A DNA stretch of 64,000 nucleotides from an uncultured Solirubrobacteraceae bacterium (lineage in GTDB: Bacteria; Actinomycetota; Thermoleophilia; Solirubrobacterales; Solirubrobacteraceae): the NCBI GenBank assembly GCA_963782925.1, contig CAWALH010000002.1, positions 14,106 to 78,105 on the forward strand. Direction: 5' to 3'. Positions 49,197 through 58,163 of the stretch are shown piece by piece; the stretch's first letter is position 1, and each line of letters begins with the position of its first letter. Position numbers and translations under genes: made by a program. The notes below the pieces were generated by a model. It had not been told where the DNA came from, ran no database searches, and saw only the letters and a list, made by a program, of their open reading frames with translations.

Positions 49197-50456
49197 CTAA
49201 CGGGCGGCGGCGCCGAGCTCGCCGCTTTGCCCCGGCGTGTCTCCCTCGCGAAGCTCGTATGCGTGCGCGCAGCGCTCGCTGCAGAAGTAGAAAGTCTCGC
49301 CGCCGAAGTCCCTGCGCACGGCCTTGCCGCGATCGACCTTCATCCCGCACACCGGGTCGCGCTCGCCGCGGCGCTGCGTCAGCCAGAACAGCGACGCGAA
49401 CACGGCGGCGCCGAGGATGTTGAGGAACAGCTTGTAGTTGACCGCGAGCGTCCCGAACACGTCGCCGCGCGACGGGCGCGGCCCGCTCGGGATCAGCCCC
49501 GCGGCGCCGAACAGCGCGTCGACGGCGAGCGCCGCGAGCACCATCGTCACGAACATCAGCGCGACGATCCGCAGCGCGTAGGCCGTCCCGTAGTACTTGC
49601 GGTAGGCGAGCACGATCGGCAGCACGATCAGGTCGGCGAACAGGAACGCGAGCACGCCGGCGAAGCTGATCCCGCCCGACCACAGCACCGCCGCGAGCGG
49701 CACGTTGCCGACCGAGCAGACGAACGACAGCACGGCGATCACCGGTCCGATCAGCACGTTCTCGACGGTCGACAGCGCGCCGCCGGTGTGCCTGAGGAAC
49801 AGGTCGTTGAAGAACCCGTCGCCGAGCTGCGCGATGAAGCCGGCGAGCACGAAGCCGATCGCGATCTCCCGGTAGAGCATCTGCCAGTCGCCGCGGAAGT
49901 TGTGCGCGACGTCAGACCACGCCGAGGCCGACGTCAGGCGCCGGCGCAGCGGCATCGAGTCGGCCGCCGCGTGGTGCTGATGGCCTGCGTCGGCCGCCTG
50001 CGCGTGCTCGCGCGCCGCTCGCTCCAGGCGCGGCGAGACGAACGCCCGCAACAGCACGGCCATCAGCACGATCATCACGAGCCCGCCGACGTACTCGGCG
50101 AGCGTGAACTGCCAGCCGATCAGCACCCACAGCACGAGGCCGAGCTCCCACACGAGGTTCGTCGACGCGAACTGGAACGCGAGCGCCGTCGTCGCCGACG
50201 CGCCCTTCTGGAACAGGCTCTTGGCGATCGCGATCGCCGCGTACGAGCACGACGAGGAGGCCGCGCCGAGGCCGGTCGCCAGCGCCACCGGCCTCGCGCC
50301 CGACCCCGACAGCGCCGAGGAGATCCGCTCGCGCGGCACCCACGCCTGCACGATCCCGGAGATCGCGAAGCCGAACACGAGCGCCCACCAGACCTCCCAC
50401 GCCATCAGGAACGAGTCGCGCACGCCGTGCCACAGCACTTCGAGAACCGCTGTCAC
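49197..50456 (-). CDS. DUF318/ArsP-type permease with C-terminal YHS domain
   Basis: SSCSY, FVCSVGNVP, many TM helices; DPVCGMKV...FYFCSERC. Confidence 0.88.
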   Translation of the reverse strand: MTAVLEVLWHGVRDSFLMAWEVWWALVFGFAISGIVQAWVPRERISSALSGSGARPVALATGLGAASSSCSYAAIAIAKSLFQKGASATTALAFQFASTNLVWELGLVLWVLIGWQFTLAEYVGGLVMIVLMAVLLRAFVSPRLERAAREHAQAADAGHQHHAAADSMPLRRRLTSASAWSDVAHNFRGDWQMLYREIAIGFVLAGFIAQLGDGFFNDLFLRHTGGALSTVENVLIGPVIAVLSFVCSVGNVPLAAVLWSGGISFAGVLAFLFADLIVLPIVLAYRKYYGTAYALRIVALMFVTMVLAALAVDALFGAAGLIPSGPRPSRGDVFGTLAVNYKLFLNILGAAVFASLFWLTQRRGERDPVCGMKVDRGKAVRRDFGGETFYFCSERCAHAYELREGDTPGQSGELGAAAR

Positions 50457-50595
50457 ACATCGACCGTAGCGCCGCGATCAGGCGCGCACGGCGCGTGATT
50501 TCTACGGAGCGCCGGTGAGGCCCGCTCCCGATGCCCACGCGCCCGCCCGCAAATAGCGTCGCTTGCACGCTGGACAACCCGATACGGAGGCTCAC

Positions 50596-51000
50596 ATGTC
50601 TTACTCGACCTTGCGTCCACTTGCCGGGGCCGTGATCGCGGCTTCGACGCTGGCGGCGCTGAGCCCGACCACGGCGAGCGCGGCGACCGTGACGCGCTCG
50701 TCCGCCGGCGTGACGGCGTCGATGCACGTCGGCACGCATCATCCGCGCGTCAACCGCCCGTGGTACCTGAAGTTCACCGTCACGCGTGCCGGCCGGTCGG
50801 TGAGGGCGAGCGTCAGCTACCAGTACCTGTTCGGCGGTCACGTCGTCGCGAGACGGTCGCACTACAACTTCACCGGCAGCTTCTCCGACACGTTCAGGTT
50901 TCCCGCGACGGCCGTCGGCTACCCGCTGACGTTCCGCGCCGTGATCGTCTCCGGCAGGACGACGATCAACCTCGACTACGCGGTGCAGGTCAGCAGATGA
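50596..51000 (+). CDS. Small secreted protein
   Basis: GGAGG RBS; signal peptide ending ASA; beta-rich; ATGA-coupled to the ABC ATPase. Confidence 0.75.
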   Translation: MSYSTLRPLAGAVIAASTLAALSPTTASAATVTRSSAGVTASMHVGTHHPRVNRPWYLKFTVTRAGRSVRASVSYQYLFGGHVVARRSHYNFTGSFSDTFRFPATAVGYPLTFRAVIVSGRTTINLDYAVQVSR

Positions 51001-51713
51001 CGAGCGCCGCCGGCGCAGCCGTCGACGTCGAGCGCGTCAGCAAGAGCTTCGGCCGGATCGACGCCGTCAGCGACATCTCGCTGCACGTCGATCCCGGCGA
51101 AGCCGTCGCGATCACCGGTCACTCCGGCTCGGGCAAGAGCACGCTGCTGACGTTGATCGGCGGCCTCGAGCCGCCCGACGCCGGCGAGGTCCTGATCGAC
51201 GGACACGCGATCTGGCGCCGGCCGCGGCCCGCCCGCGCCCGCCGCGAGATCGTCGGCTTCGTCTTCCAGCAGCACCTGCTGCTCGAGTCGCTGTCGGCGC
51301 GCGCGAACGTCGAAGTCCCGCTGATCGGCGCCGGCGTCCACGGCGGCGCGCGGCGGCGGCGCGCGCTCGAGCTGCTCGACAGCGTCGGCCTCGCCGAGCG
51401 CGCCGAGCACCTCCCGTCGCAGCTCTCCGGCGGCGAGCGCCAGCGCGTCGCCGTCGCCCGCGCGCTGGCCAACGAGCCGCGCCTGCTGCTCGCCGACGAG
51501 CCGACCGGCGCCGTCGACTCGGTCACCTCCGAGCGCGTGCTCGACCTGCTGTTCGGCCTGCGCGACCGGCTCGGCATGACGATGATCATCGTCAGCTACG
51601 ACAGCGTCATCGCGGCGCGCGCCGACCGTACGATCACCCTCCGCGACGGGCGGATCCAGCCCGCCGGCGAGGCTCCGAAGCCGACCCCCGAGCCCGCCTG
51701 CTCGTCCGCCTAG
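50997..51713 (+). CDS. ABC transporter ATP-binding protein (LolD/MacB type)
   Basis: GHSGSGKST, LSGGERQR, LLLADEPTG. Confidence 0.92.
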   Translation: MTSAAGAAVDVERVSKSFGRIDAVSDISLHVDPGEAVAITGHSGSGKSTLLTLIGGLEPPDAGEVLIDGHAIWRRPRPARARREIVGFVFQQHLLLESLSARANVEVPLIGAGVHGGARRRRALELLDSVGLAERAEHLPSQLSGGERQRVAVARALANEPRLLLADEPTGAVDSVTSERVLDLLFGLRDRLGMTMIIVSYDSVIAARADRTITLRDGRIQPAGEAPKPTPEPACSSA

Positions 51714-51725
51714 GCCGGTCTGCGC

Positions 51726-52832
51726 ATGGCGTCGATCATCCTCGCGAACCTCCGGCGGCGCGCCTCGCGCACGCTGCTCACCGCCGCCGGCATCGCCGTC
51801 GGCGTCGCGACGATCGTCGCGCTGCTCGCCTTCACGCAGGGGCTCAAGCAGACGGCCGCCGGCTTCGTGCACCTCGGCGGCTCCGACCTCGGCGTGTTCC
51901 AGGCGAACGTGTCGGACCCGACCGCCTCGATCCTGCCGGAGTCGATGGTCGGCCGGCTCGCCGCGCGCCCCTACGTCGCGCACGCGACGCCGCTGATGCT
52001 GATCGTCGAAGCGATCCCCGGCGAACCCGCGGCCGTGACGTTCGGCGCCGATCCGAGTGGCTTCTTCGCGAACGGACTCGTGCTCGTCGCCGGGCACGAG
52101 CCGGCGTCGTGGTCGGGCGAAGTCCTGATCGGCGACCGTCTGGCCGCCCAGCTGCACCTGGCTCCCGGCGCCACCCTGTACGTGAAGGGACGGCGCTTTC
52201 GGATCGCCGGCGCCTACCACTCCGGCATCCTGTTCGAGGACGCCGGCGCCGTCGTCTCGCTCGCGCAGGCGCGGCTGCTGACGGGGCGGCCGGCGGAGCA
52301 GACGAACGTCACGATCGACGTCGCGCCCGGCCGGCGCACGAGCGCCGTCGCCCGCCAGATCGAACGCGACTTCCCCGGCACGCAGGTGATCGACACGCCG
52401 CAGCAGGCGCTGCGAGCCGGCGCCAACGGCACGCTGATCTCGAAGGCGATCCTCGTGATCGTCGTCATCGCGCTGCTCGTCGGAGCGATCGGCGTCACCA
52501 ACACGATGGCGATGGCGATCGTCGAACGCCAGCGCGAGCTCGGCCTGCTCAGCACCGTCGGCTGGTCGCCCGCGCGCGTCGCCTCGCTGATCCTCGGCGA
52601 GGGAATCGTCGTCAGCGTGCTCGGCGCCGCCGCCGGGCTGCTCGTCGGCGTGCTCGGCGGCGGGCTGCTCGTGCGGCTGCTCGGCGTCAGCTCCTACGTC
52701 TCCCCGTCGGTCACCGCCTGGGGACTCGGTCGCGGGCTGCTCGTCGGCGTCGCGATCGGCGTGCTCGGCGGCATCTACCCGGCCTGGCGCGTCGCGCGGA
52801 TGCGGCCGCTGAAGGCGCTCGCGGGGACGTGA
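51726..52832 (+). CDS. ABC transporter permease (MacB/FtsX type)
   Basis: RTLLTAAGIAVGV, NTMAMAIVERQRELG, GIYPAWR. Confidence 0.92.
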   Translation: MASIILANLRRRASRTLLTAAGIAVGVATIVALLAFTQGLKQTAAGFVHLGGSDLGVFQANVSDPTASILPESMVGRLAARPYVAHATPLMLIVEAIPGEPAAVTFGADPSGFFANGLVLVAGHEPASWSGEVLIGDRLAAQLHLAPGATLYVKGRRFRIAGAYHSGILFEDAGAVVSLAQARLLTGRPAEQTNVTIDVAPGRRTSAVARQIERDFPGTQVIDTPQQALRAGANGTLISKAILVIVVIALLVGAIGVTNTMAMAIVERQRELGLLSTVGWSPARVASLILGEGIVVSVLGAAAGLLVGVLGGGLLVRLLGVSSYVSPSVTAWGLGRGLLVGVAIGVLGGIYPAWRVARMRPLKALAGT

Positions 52833-53623
52833 GACGCGGCGCGCGGGCGAGCGGTCTGTCGCCGAGGCTGTACGCGACGGTGCGGTTCGTCGTGCGCCCG
52901 CTCCTGCGCGTCTGGTTCCGTATGCGCGTCGAGGGCGCGGAGCACGTCCCGGCCTCCGGCGCGGCGATCGTCGCGCCGAACCACAAGAGCTTCCTCGACG
53001 CGTTCTTCGTCGGGATCGCGACGCGCCGCCACGTGCACTACATGGCGAAGTCGGAGCTGTTCCGCGGTCCGCTCGGATGGCTGTTCACGCGGCTCGGCGC
53101 GTTTCCCGTGCGGCGCGGCGAGTCCGACGCCGACGCAATCGCGACGGCGAGAAAGCTGCTGGACGAAGGCCACGTGCTCGTGATCTTCCCCGAGGGCACG
53201 AGGGTCGAGGAACGCGACGTGCTCGGGTCTCCTCACCACGGCGCGGGCCGGCTCGCGCTCGAGACCGGCGCTCCGATCGTCCCGGCCGCGGTCGTCGGGA
53301 CCCAGCGGCTTTGGCTCGGCCCGATCCCCAAGCCGCGGCGCGTGCAGGTCGCGTTCTCGGCGCCGATCGATCCGACACGGTTCTCGGATCGGCCAACCGG
53401 ACTCGACGAGCTCGTCGACGAGGAGCTGTGGCCGGCCGTCGTGAGCGAGTACAGCCGCGCGCTCACGCGGCCCGGACTGATCCTCGCCGGGCTCGCGGCG
53501 CTCGGCGTCGGCGGTGGGCTGCTGCGACGGTGGCTGGCGCACCGGCAGACGCGCGTGACCGGCGTCGTGCAGCCGCGCAACGTGCGCCGGCGTCAGGCGC
53601 GAGCAGGCCGCCGGGCGCGATAG
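52829..53623 (+). CDS. Lysophospholipid acyltransferase (PlsC family)
   Basis: NHKSFLD, MAKSEL, GAFPVRRG, FPEGTR. Confidence 0.9.
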   Translation: MRRGARASGLSPRLYATVRFVVRPLLRVWFRMRVEGAEHVPASGAAIVAPNHKSFLDAFFVGIATRRHVHYMAKSELFRGPLGWLFTRLGAFPVRRGESDADAIATARKLLDEGHVLVIFPEGTRVEERDVLGSPHHGAGRLALETGAPIVPAAVVGTQRLWLGPIPKPRRVQVAFSAPIDPTRFSDRPTGLDELVDEELWPAVVSEYSRALTRPGLILAGLAALGVGGGLLRRWLAHRQTRVTGVVQPRNVRRRQARAGRRAR

Positions 53624-53742
53624 CCGCCGACGTACGCCGTTCGGTTCTCCGCCAGCCAACTCGCCGGGCTTCCCCCATGGTCGGCGATCGCCGGGCGCAG
53701 GAGAGTGTCGTCGTTCACCGATTCCGAATGGGGAGATCGCAG

Positions 53743-54258
53743 ATGAAGGCACTGACGACAATGCTCGCCGAGCGCGCCGCTCGCCCGGCGCCCGAGGACG
53801 GGCTGAAGGTGTGGCGCGATGCGGCGCAGGCTCAGATCGAAGAACCCGTGATCGACGCCTGCATGTTCTCGCGGCCGAGCAGCTACGTGGCGAACGCAGT
53901 CGCGAGCCACTCCGGTCCGCTCGTGGGACTGCTCCTGCGAAAGACCAACGAGATCCGCGCGGGCGGCCTGCCCGAGCACTTCCTGCTCGCGGTCACCGCC
54001 GGCGAGGCGATCGCCCTGCGGCGCACGATGAAGGCGCGCCGCGGAGCAGCGCTCGGCGTGCCCGGCGAGGAGGTCGCGCGCTGGAAGCGCACCGACCTGA
54101 CCGTCACGTGGAAGGACGGCGGCTACCTGTACAACGTCACGATCGAGTCGCCGGCCGAGGCGGAGAAGGTCCGGTGCTGCGTCGGCAAGAGCCCGCTCAG
54201 CGAGTCGTTCCTGGGGCTGCTCGCCGACAGCTCCCGCGACTGGGCGGCCACCGCATGA
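53743..54258 (+). CDS. Hypothetical protein
   Basis: GGGAG RBS; globular composition (LPEHFLLAVT...EEVARW). Confidence 0.65.
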   Translation: MKALTTMLAERAARPAPEDGLKVWRDAAQAQIEEPVIDACMFSRPSSYVANAVASHSGPLVGLLLRKTNEIRAGGLPEHFLLAVTAGEAIALRRTMKARRGAALGVPGEEVARWKRTDLTVTWKDGGYLYNVTIESPAEAEKVRCCVGKSPLSESFLGLLADSSRDWAATA

Positions 54259-54365
54259 CGATCCACGTCAGGCGCACTGGCTCGCAGCGCTCGTGGCTGG
54301 CGATCGCGCTGCTGATCGCGCTGACGGTCGCCGCGCTCGCCACCGGCTGCTTCGGCCTGCGCTGA
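54255..54365 (+). CDS. 36-aa lipoprotein-signal-like small protein
   Basis: ATGA overlap with the upstream gene; MTIHVRRTGSQRSWLAIALLIALTVAALATG-CFGLR. Confidence 0.5.
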   Translation: MTIHVRRTGSQRSWLAIALLIALTVAALATGCFGLR

Positions 54366-54455
54366 CGCCGGCCCCGAGAGACGGGCGCCCGCATCACGCC
54401 GTACCCGAGGGCGCACCAGCGCTCCAAATGAATAGTACGAGTGAAAGGAACGAAC

Positions 54456-55154
54456 ATGAGCCTGATCACACAGCTCGAAGAGGTGAAGACACGGACGCTG
54501 ACCGTCGTTTCGGTCGGCGTGGCACTGCTCGCATTCACGATCGCCGCGTCCGGCAATGCCCAGGCGGCGACCACGACTTCCTCGGGAACGATCGTGGCGT
54601 GCGTGAACCACAGGAGCGGCGCGCTGTATCTCGCGCACAGGTGCGCACGACGCGACAAGCGCCTGACCTGGGACAAGCACGGACCCGCCGGCGCGAGTGG
54701 ACCCGCCGGCGCGAGTGGATCGGCGGGGGCCGCGGGACCGCGAGGGGCGACGGGCCCACAGGGCACGGCCTCCGTTCCAGACGTGCTGCCGAGTCATCAG
54801 TCGCTCGTCGGCGCGTACGGCGCGATCGGCAACGCGACGGCGGCCTTCGACCGTTTGGGCACGGCGGTCTCGTTCGAGATCCCGCTGGCGAGCGCGCCGA
54901 CGCCTCACTTCGTCTACCACGGCGAAGCCGCGACGGCCGAATGCCCCGGAACCGTGACCGCTCCCGCCGCCAGCCCCGGGAACCTCTGCATCTACGAGGC
55001 GCAGAACTTCAACGTCGTCGCCGCCGGATTCGAGGACCCGATCACGGGCGCCACCGGTTCGACCGTCGAGCCGTTCGGGTTCGAGGTCGTCGCCGTCGCC
55101 GTCAAAGAAGGCAGCTACGACGAGTCGGGCTCCTGGGCGGTGACGGCGCCGTAA
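54456..55154 (+). CDS. Secreted protein with a short collagen-like (GXY) segment
   Basis: Signal peptide ending AQA; ACVNHRSG...C, then GPAGASGPAGASGSAGAAGPRGATGPQG; CPGT...PGNLCIY. Confidence 0.8.
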   Translation: MSLITQLEEVKTRTLTVVSVGVALLAFTIAASGNAQAATTTSSGTIVACVNHRSGALYLAHRCARRDKRLTWDKHGPAGASGPAGASGSAGAAGPRGATGPQGTASVPDVLPSHQSLVGAYGAIGNATAAFDRLGTAVSFEIPLASAPTPHFVYHGEAATAECPGTVTAPAASPGNLCIYEAQNFNVVAAGFEDPITGATGSTVEPFGFEVVAVAVKEGSYDESGSWAVTAP

Positions 55155-55195
55155 GCGCGTGTCGCGAGGCGGTCGGCGAGCGCTACCCTCGACGG

Positions 55196-55348
55196 ATGGG
55201 CAAGGCGCATTTCGCGAGCGAGGAAGCTCGCGCGGCCGGCGAGCGGATCGGCATCGACTGGTCGACGTCGCGGTTCGACGTCGACCAGTTCCGGATCGGA
55301 ATGGACGTCGAGCTCGAGCACGGCACGCAGGCCACCTGGGGCGAGTAG
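55196..55348 (+). pseudogene. Truncated DUF5661-like gene
   Basis: GERIGIDW...FDVDQFRIGMDVELEHGT, then a stop after 6 unrelated residues; the family's second half is missing (family recalled from memory). Confidence 0.55.
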
Positions 55349-55363
55349 CGCAGGGCGCTCACC

Positions 55364-56896
55364 ATGCTCGACGGTCTTGGCTCCCGTGCCGCGGCGGCCG
55401 CGCTCGCAGGCGTCGTCGGTTACGACCTGCTGCAGCGCCGTCACGCGATCCTGCGCAACTTCCCGATCATCGGGCACTTTCGCTACGCGCTCGAGGCGTT
55501 CGGGCCCGAGCTGCGCCAGTACATCGTCACGTCGAACAACGAGGAGCGCCCGTTCTCGCGCGATCAGCGGCGCTGGGTGTACGCGTCGTCAGAGGGCAAA
55601 CCGAACGTCTTCGGGTTCGGCACCGACGACGAGATGGAGGCCGTCGAGAGCCTGCTGATCATCAAGCACTCGCCGTTCCCCGCGCCCGCGCCGGCCGCCG
55701 GCGAGCCGGGCGGGCCGCCGAGCTTCGAGATCGCCGCCGCCAAGGTCCTCGGCGCGAGCCACCGGCGGCGGCACGCGTTCCGCCCGGCCTCGGTCGTCAA
55801 CCTCTCGGCGATGAGCTACGGCTCGCTCTCGCCCGTCGCCGTCGAGGCGCTGAACCGCGGCGCGGATCTCGCGGGCTGCCTGCAGAACACCGGCGAGGGC
55901 GGCCTCGCGCCGGCGCACTGCCGCGGCGGCGAGCTGATCTTCCAGATCGGCACCGGCTACTTCGGCTGCCGCGACTCCGACGGGCGCTTCAGCCTCGAGC
56001 GCCTGCGCGAGCGCGTCGCGCAGGCGCCGGTGCGCGCGATCGAGATCAAGCTCTCCCAAGGCGCGAAGCCGGGCCTCGGCGGACTGCTGCCCGCGGTCAA
56101 GGTCACGCCCGAGATCGCCGCGATCCGCTGCGTCGCCGCCGGCGAGGACTGCGTCAGCCCGCCGGCGCACTCGGCGTTCTCGGACGTCGACGGGCTGATC
56201 GAGTTCGTCGAGCTGATCGCGGCCGACACCGGTCTGCCGGTCGGCGTCAAGTCGGCCGTCGGCGAGAGCGGCTTCTGGCAGACGCTCGCCGAGCGCATGG
56301 CGGCGACGGGCGCCGGACCGGACTTCATCACCGTCGACGGCGGCGAGGGCGGCACCGGCGCCGCGCCGCTGTCGTTCGCCGACCACGTCGCGCTGCCGTT
56401 CAAGCTCGGCTTCGCGCACGTCTACCGCACGTTCGCCCACGCCGGCCTGGCCGAGGACGTCGTGTTCATCGGCGCCGGGCGGCTCGGGTTCCCCGACTCC
56501 GCGCTGTTCGCGTTCGCGCTCGGCTGCGACATGATCAACGTCGGCCGTGAGGCGATGCTCGCGATCGGCTGCATCCAGGCCCAGCGCTGTCACACCGGCC
56601 GCTGCCCGACCGGCATCGCGACGCAGTCGCGCTGGCTGATGCACGGCCTCGATCCGCGGCTGAAGTCGACGCGCGCCGCGAACTACCTCGTCGCGTTGCG
56701 CGCCGAGCTGCTCGCGCTCGCGCGCTCGTGCGGCGTCGAGCACCCCGCGCTCGTGACGCCCGAGCACATCGAGATCGTGACCGAGCGCTTCGGCTCGGCG
56801 CCGCTGACGGACGTGTTCGGGTACGAGCCCGGCTGGCCGGTGCTCTCGGCCGCGCGGCGCGCGGAGGTCGAGCGCCTCGGGGATTCGGTCCTCTAG
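55364..56896 (+). CDS. FMN-binding glutamate synthase family protein
   Basis: SAMSYGSLS, NTGEGG, EIKLSQGAKPG, DGGEGGTGAAP, CIQAQRCHTGRCPTG. Confidence 0.92.
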   Translation: MLDGLGSRAAAAALAGVVGYDLLQRRHAILRNFPIIGHFRYALEAFGPELRQYIVTSNNEERPFSRDQRRWVYASSEGKPNVFGFGTDDEMEAVESLLIIKHSPFPAPAPAAGEPGGPPSFEIAAAKVLGASHRRRHAFRPASVVNLSAMSYGSLSPVAVEALNRGADLAGCLQNTGEGGLAPAHCRGGELIFQIGTGYFGCRDSDGRFSLERLRERVAQAPVRAIEIKLSQGAKPGLGGLLPAVKVTPEIAAIRCVAAGEDCVSPPAHSAFSDVDGLIEFVELIAADTGLPVGVKSAVGESGFWQTLAERMAATGAGPDFITVDGGEGGTGAAPLSFADHVALPFKLGFAHVYRTFAHAGLAEDVVFIGAGRLGFPDSALFAFALGCDMINVGREAMLAIGCIQAQRCHTGRCPTGIATQSRWLMHGLDPRLKSTRAANYLVALRAELLALARSCGVEHPALVTPEHIEIVTERFGSAPLTDVFGYEPGWPVLSAARRAEVERLGDSVL

Positions 56897-56901
56897 CCGG
56901 C

Positions 56902-56920
56902 GATCCGTCCGTCGCGTCGC
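56902..56920 (+). repeat. Direct repeat, left copy, bounding the five-gene cassette
   Basis: GATCCGTCCGTCGCGTCGC, identical to 61858-61876. Confidence 0.85.
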
Positions 56921-56952
56921 ACGGACGCGGGGCGCGCCGGGGCGGCGTTCGG

Positions 56953-57249
56953 TCAGGCGCCGCCGCCCGCCAGGCCGGGGATCAGCGCGAGCTCGTCGTC
57001 CGGCCCGAGCTCGACCGGCGTCACGCCGCGCCGAACGACCTCGCCGTTGACCACGAGGATGAAGCCGGGGGCCACCGTTCCACCGCTCGCGAGCACGCGA
57101 TCGGCGAGCTCGGGAAAGCGCGTGCGCAGCTCCTCGACGGTGTGCGACCACGAGCAGGCCGCGAGCTCAATCGTGTTGCGGCTCACGCGTGTCGCGCCGT
57201 CGTCGTGCGGCAGCAGGGCGAGCAGCGGCGTGGCGAGCTTCAGCTTCAT
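56953..57249 (-). CDS. ThiS/MoaD family ubiquitin-like carrier with C-terminal GG-GA
   Basis: LRTRFPELADRV, ILVVNGE, LGPDDELALIPGLAGGGA. Confidence 0.85.
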   Translation of the reverse strand: MKLKLATPLLALLPHDDGATRVSRNTIELAACSWSHTVEELRTRFPELADRVLASGGTVAPGFILVVNGEVVRRGVTPVELGPDDELALIPGLAGGGA

Positions 57250-58163
57250 CCGAGCTCACCCCGCTCGCGCGCGTCGCGCGCCAGCCGGAAGCCGAGGTCG
57301 CCGGCCCAGAACGCGGGCGGCTCGTGCAGGCGGTAGTGCGTCCGGCACATCTCGGCCAGCGAATGGACGCTGCCGCCGCGTGTGACCCGGTCCGCCGGGC
57401 GCGACTGCTCGTCATCGACGTTGACCGGATCGACGACGGGCGAGCGCGCGTAGTAGTCCTGGTCGTAGCAGTCGCCGCACCACTCCCAGACGTTCCCGTG
57501 CATGTCGAACAGCCCGAACGCGTTCGGCTCTCGTGCGCCGGCCTCGTGGATCTCGCCCCCCGCGTTCTCGCTGAACCACGCGTACGCGGGCAGATCGGCC
57601 TCGTCGCCACAGCACCACTCGCCTGCCGATCCGGCTCCACAGGCGAGCTCCCACTCGGCCTCGGTCGGCAGGCGACAACCCATCCACATCGCAAACAGCG
57701 TCGCCTCGTACCACGAGACGTCGACGACCGGCTTCGATGCGTCGGGCGAAGACGGCTCGAGGACGTCGCCGCGAAACAGCTCGAACAGCCCGTTCACGAC
57801 GGCGCGCTCGGACAGGAGGAACGGCGAGACCTCGACCGCGTGCCGCGGCGCCTCTCCGCAGAAGTGGCGCCGGCGACTCCAATCGCTGCCCATCTCGAAG
57901 CGGCCGCCGGGGATCTGGCGCATCAGCGGTTGGACGTAGCGCTCGTAGCGCTCCTCGCTGCCGTGCAGGAGGCCCGCGTGCAGAAGCCCGTCGGTCGCCT
58001 CGGCGTGCCCGCTTCGGCGCAGCTGCTCGATCGCGCGCACCAGACGCGCAGCGTCACCGCGCGACGGTCGGCCGCGACGACCGGGCGCGAGCATCTCGCG
58101 GGGATCGACGAGCGCCGTCTCGGGCGGCGCGGCGAACGTGAGCTGCGAGCGCTCGACGCTCAC
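57246..58163 (-). CDS. FGE-sulfatase (SUMF1/EgtB/PvdO) fold protein
   Basis: FEMGS, PVVDVSW, RLPTEAEWE, NAFGLFDMHGNVWEW, RGGS, GFR; GTGA/ATGA coupling to neighbours. Confidence 0.9.
   Translation of the reverse strand: MSVERSQLTFAAPPETALVDPREMLAPGRRGRPSRGDAARLVRAIEQLRRSGHAEATDGLLHAGLLHGSEERYERYVQPLMRQIPGGRFEMGSDWSRRRHFCGEAPRHAVEVSPFLLSERAVVNGLFELFRGDVLEPSSPDASKPVVDVSWYEATLFAMWMGCRLPTEAEWELACGAGSAGEWCCGDEADLPAYAWFSENAGGEIHEAGAREPNAFGLFDMHGNVWEWCGDCYDQDYYARSPVVDPVNVDDEQSRPADRVTRGGSVHSLAEMCRTHYRLHEPPAFWAGDLGFRLARDARERGELG

Noticed and set aside
54681-54716. 18-bp tandem repeat GGACCCGCCGGCGCGAGT
   Set aside because: Explained by the collagen-like GPAGAS coding.
57246-58163. FGE-fold gene as a DGR target or as ergothioneine/selenoneine EgtB/SenA
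   Set aside because: No template repeat or RT; no DinB domain or HxxxH-E iron motif; no egtD, senB or selD nearby.
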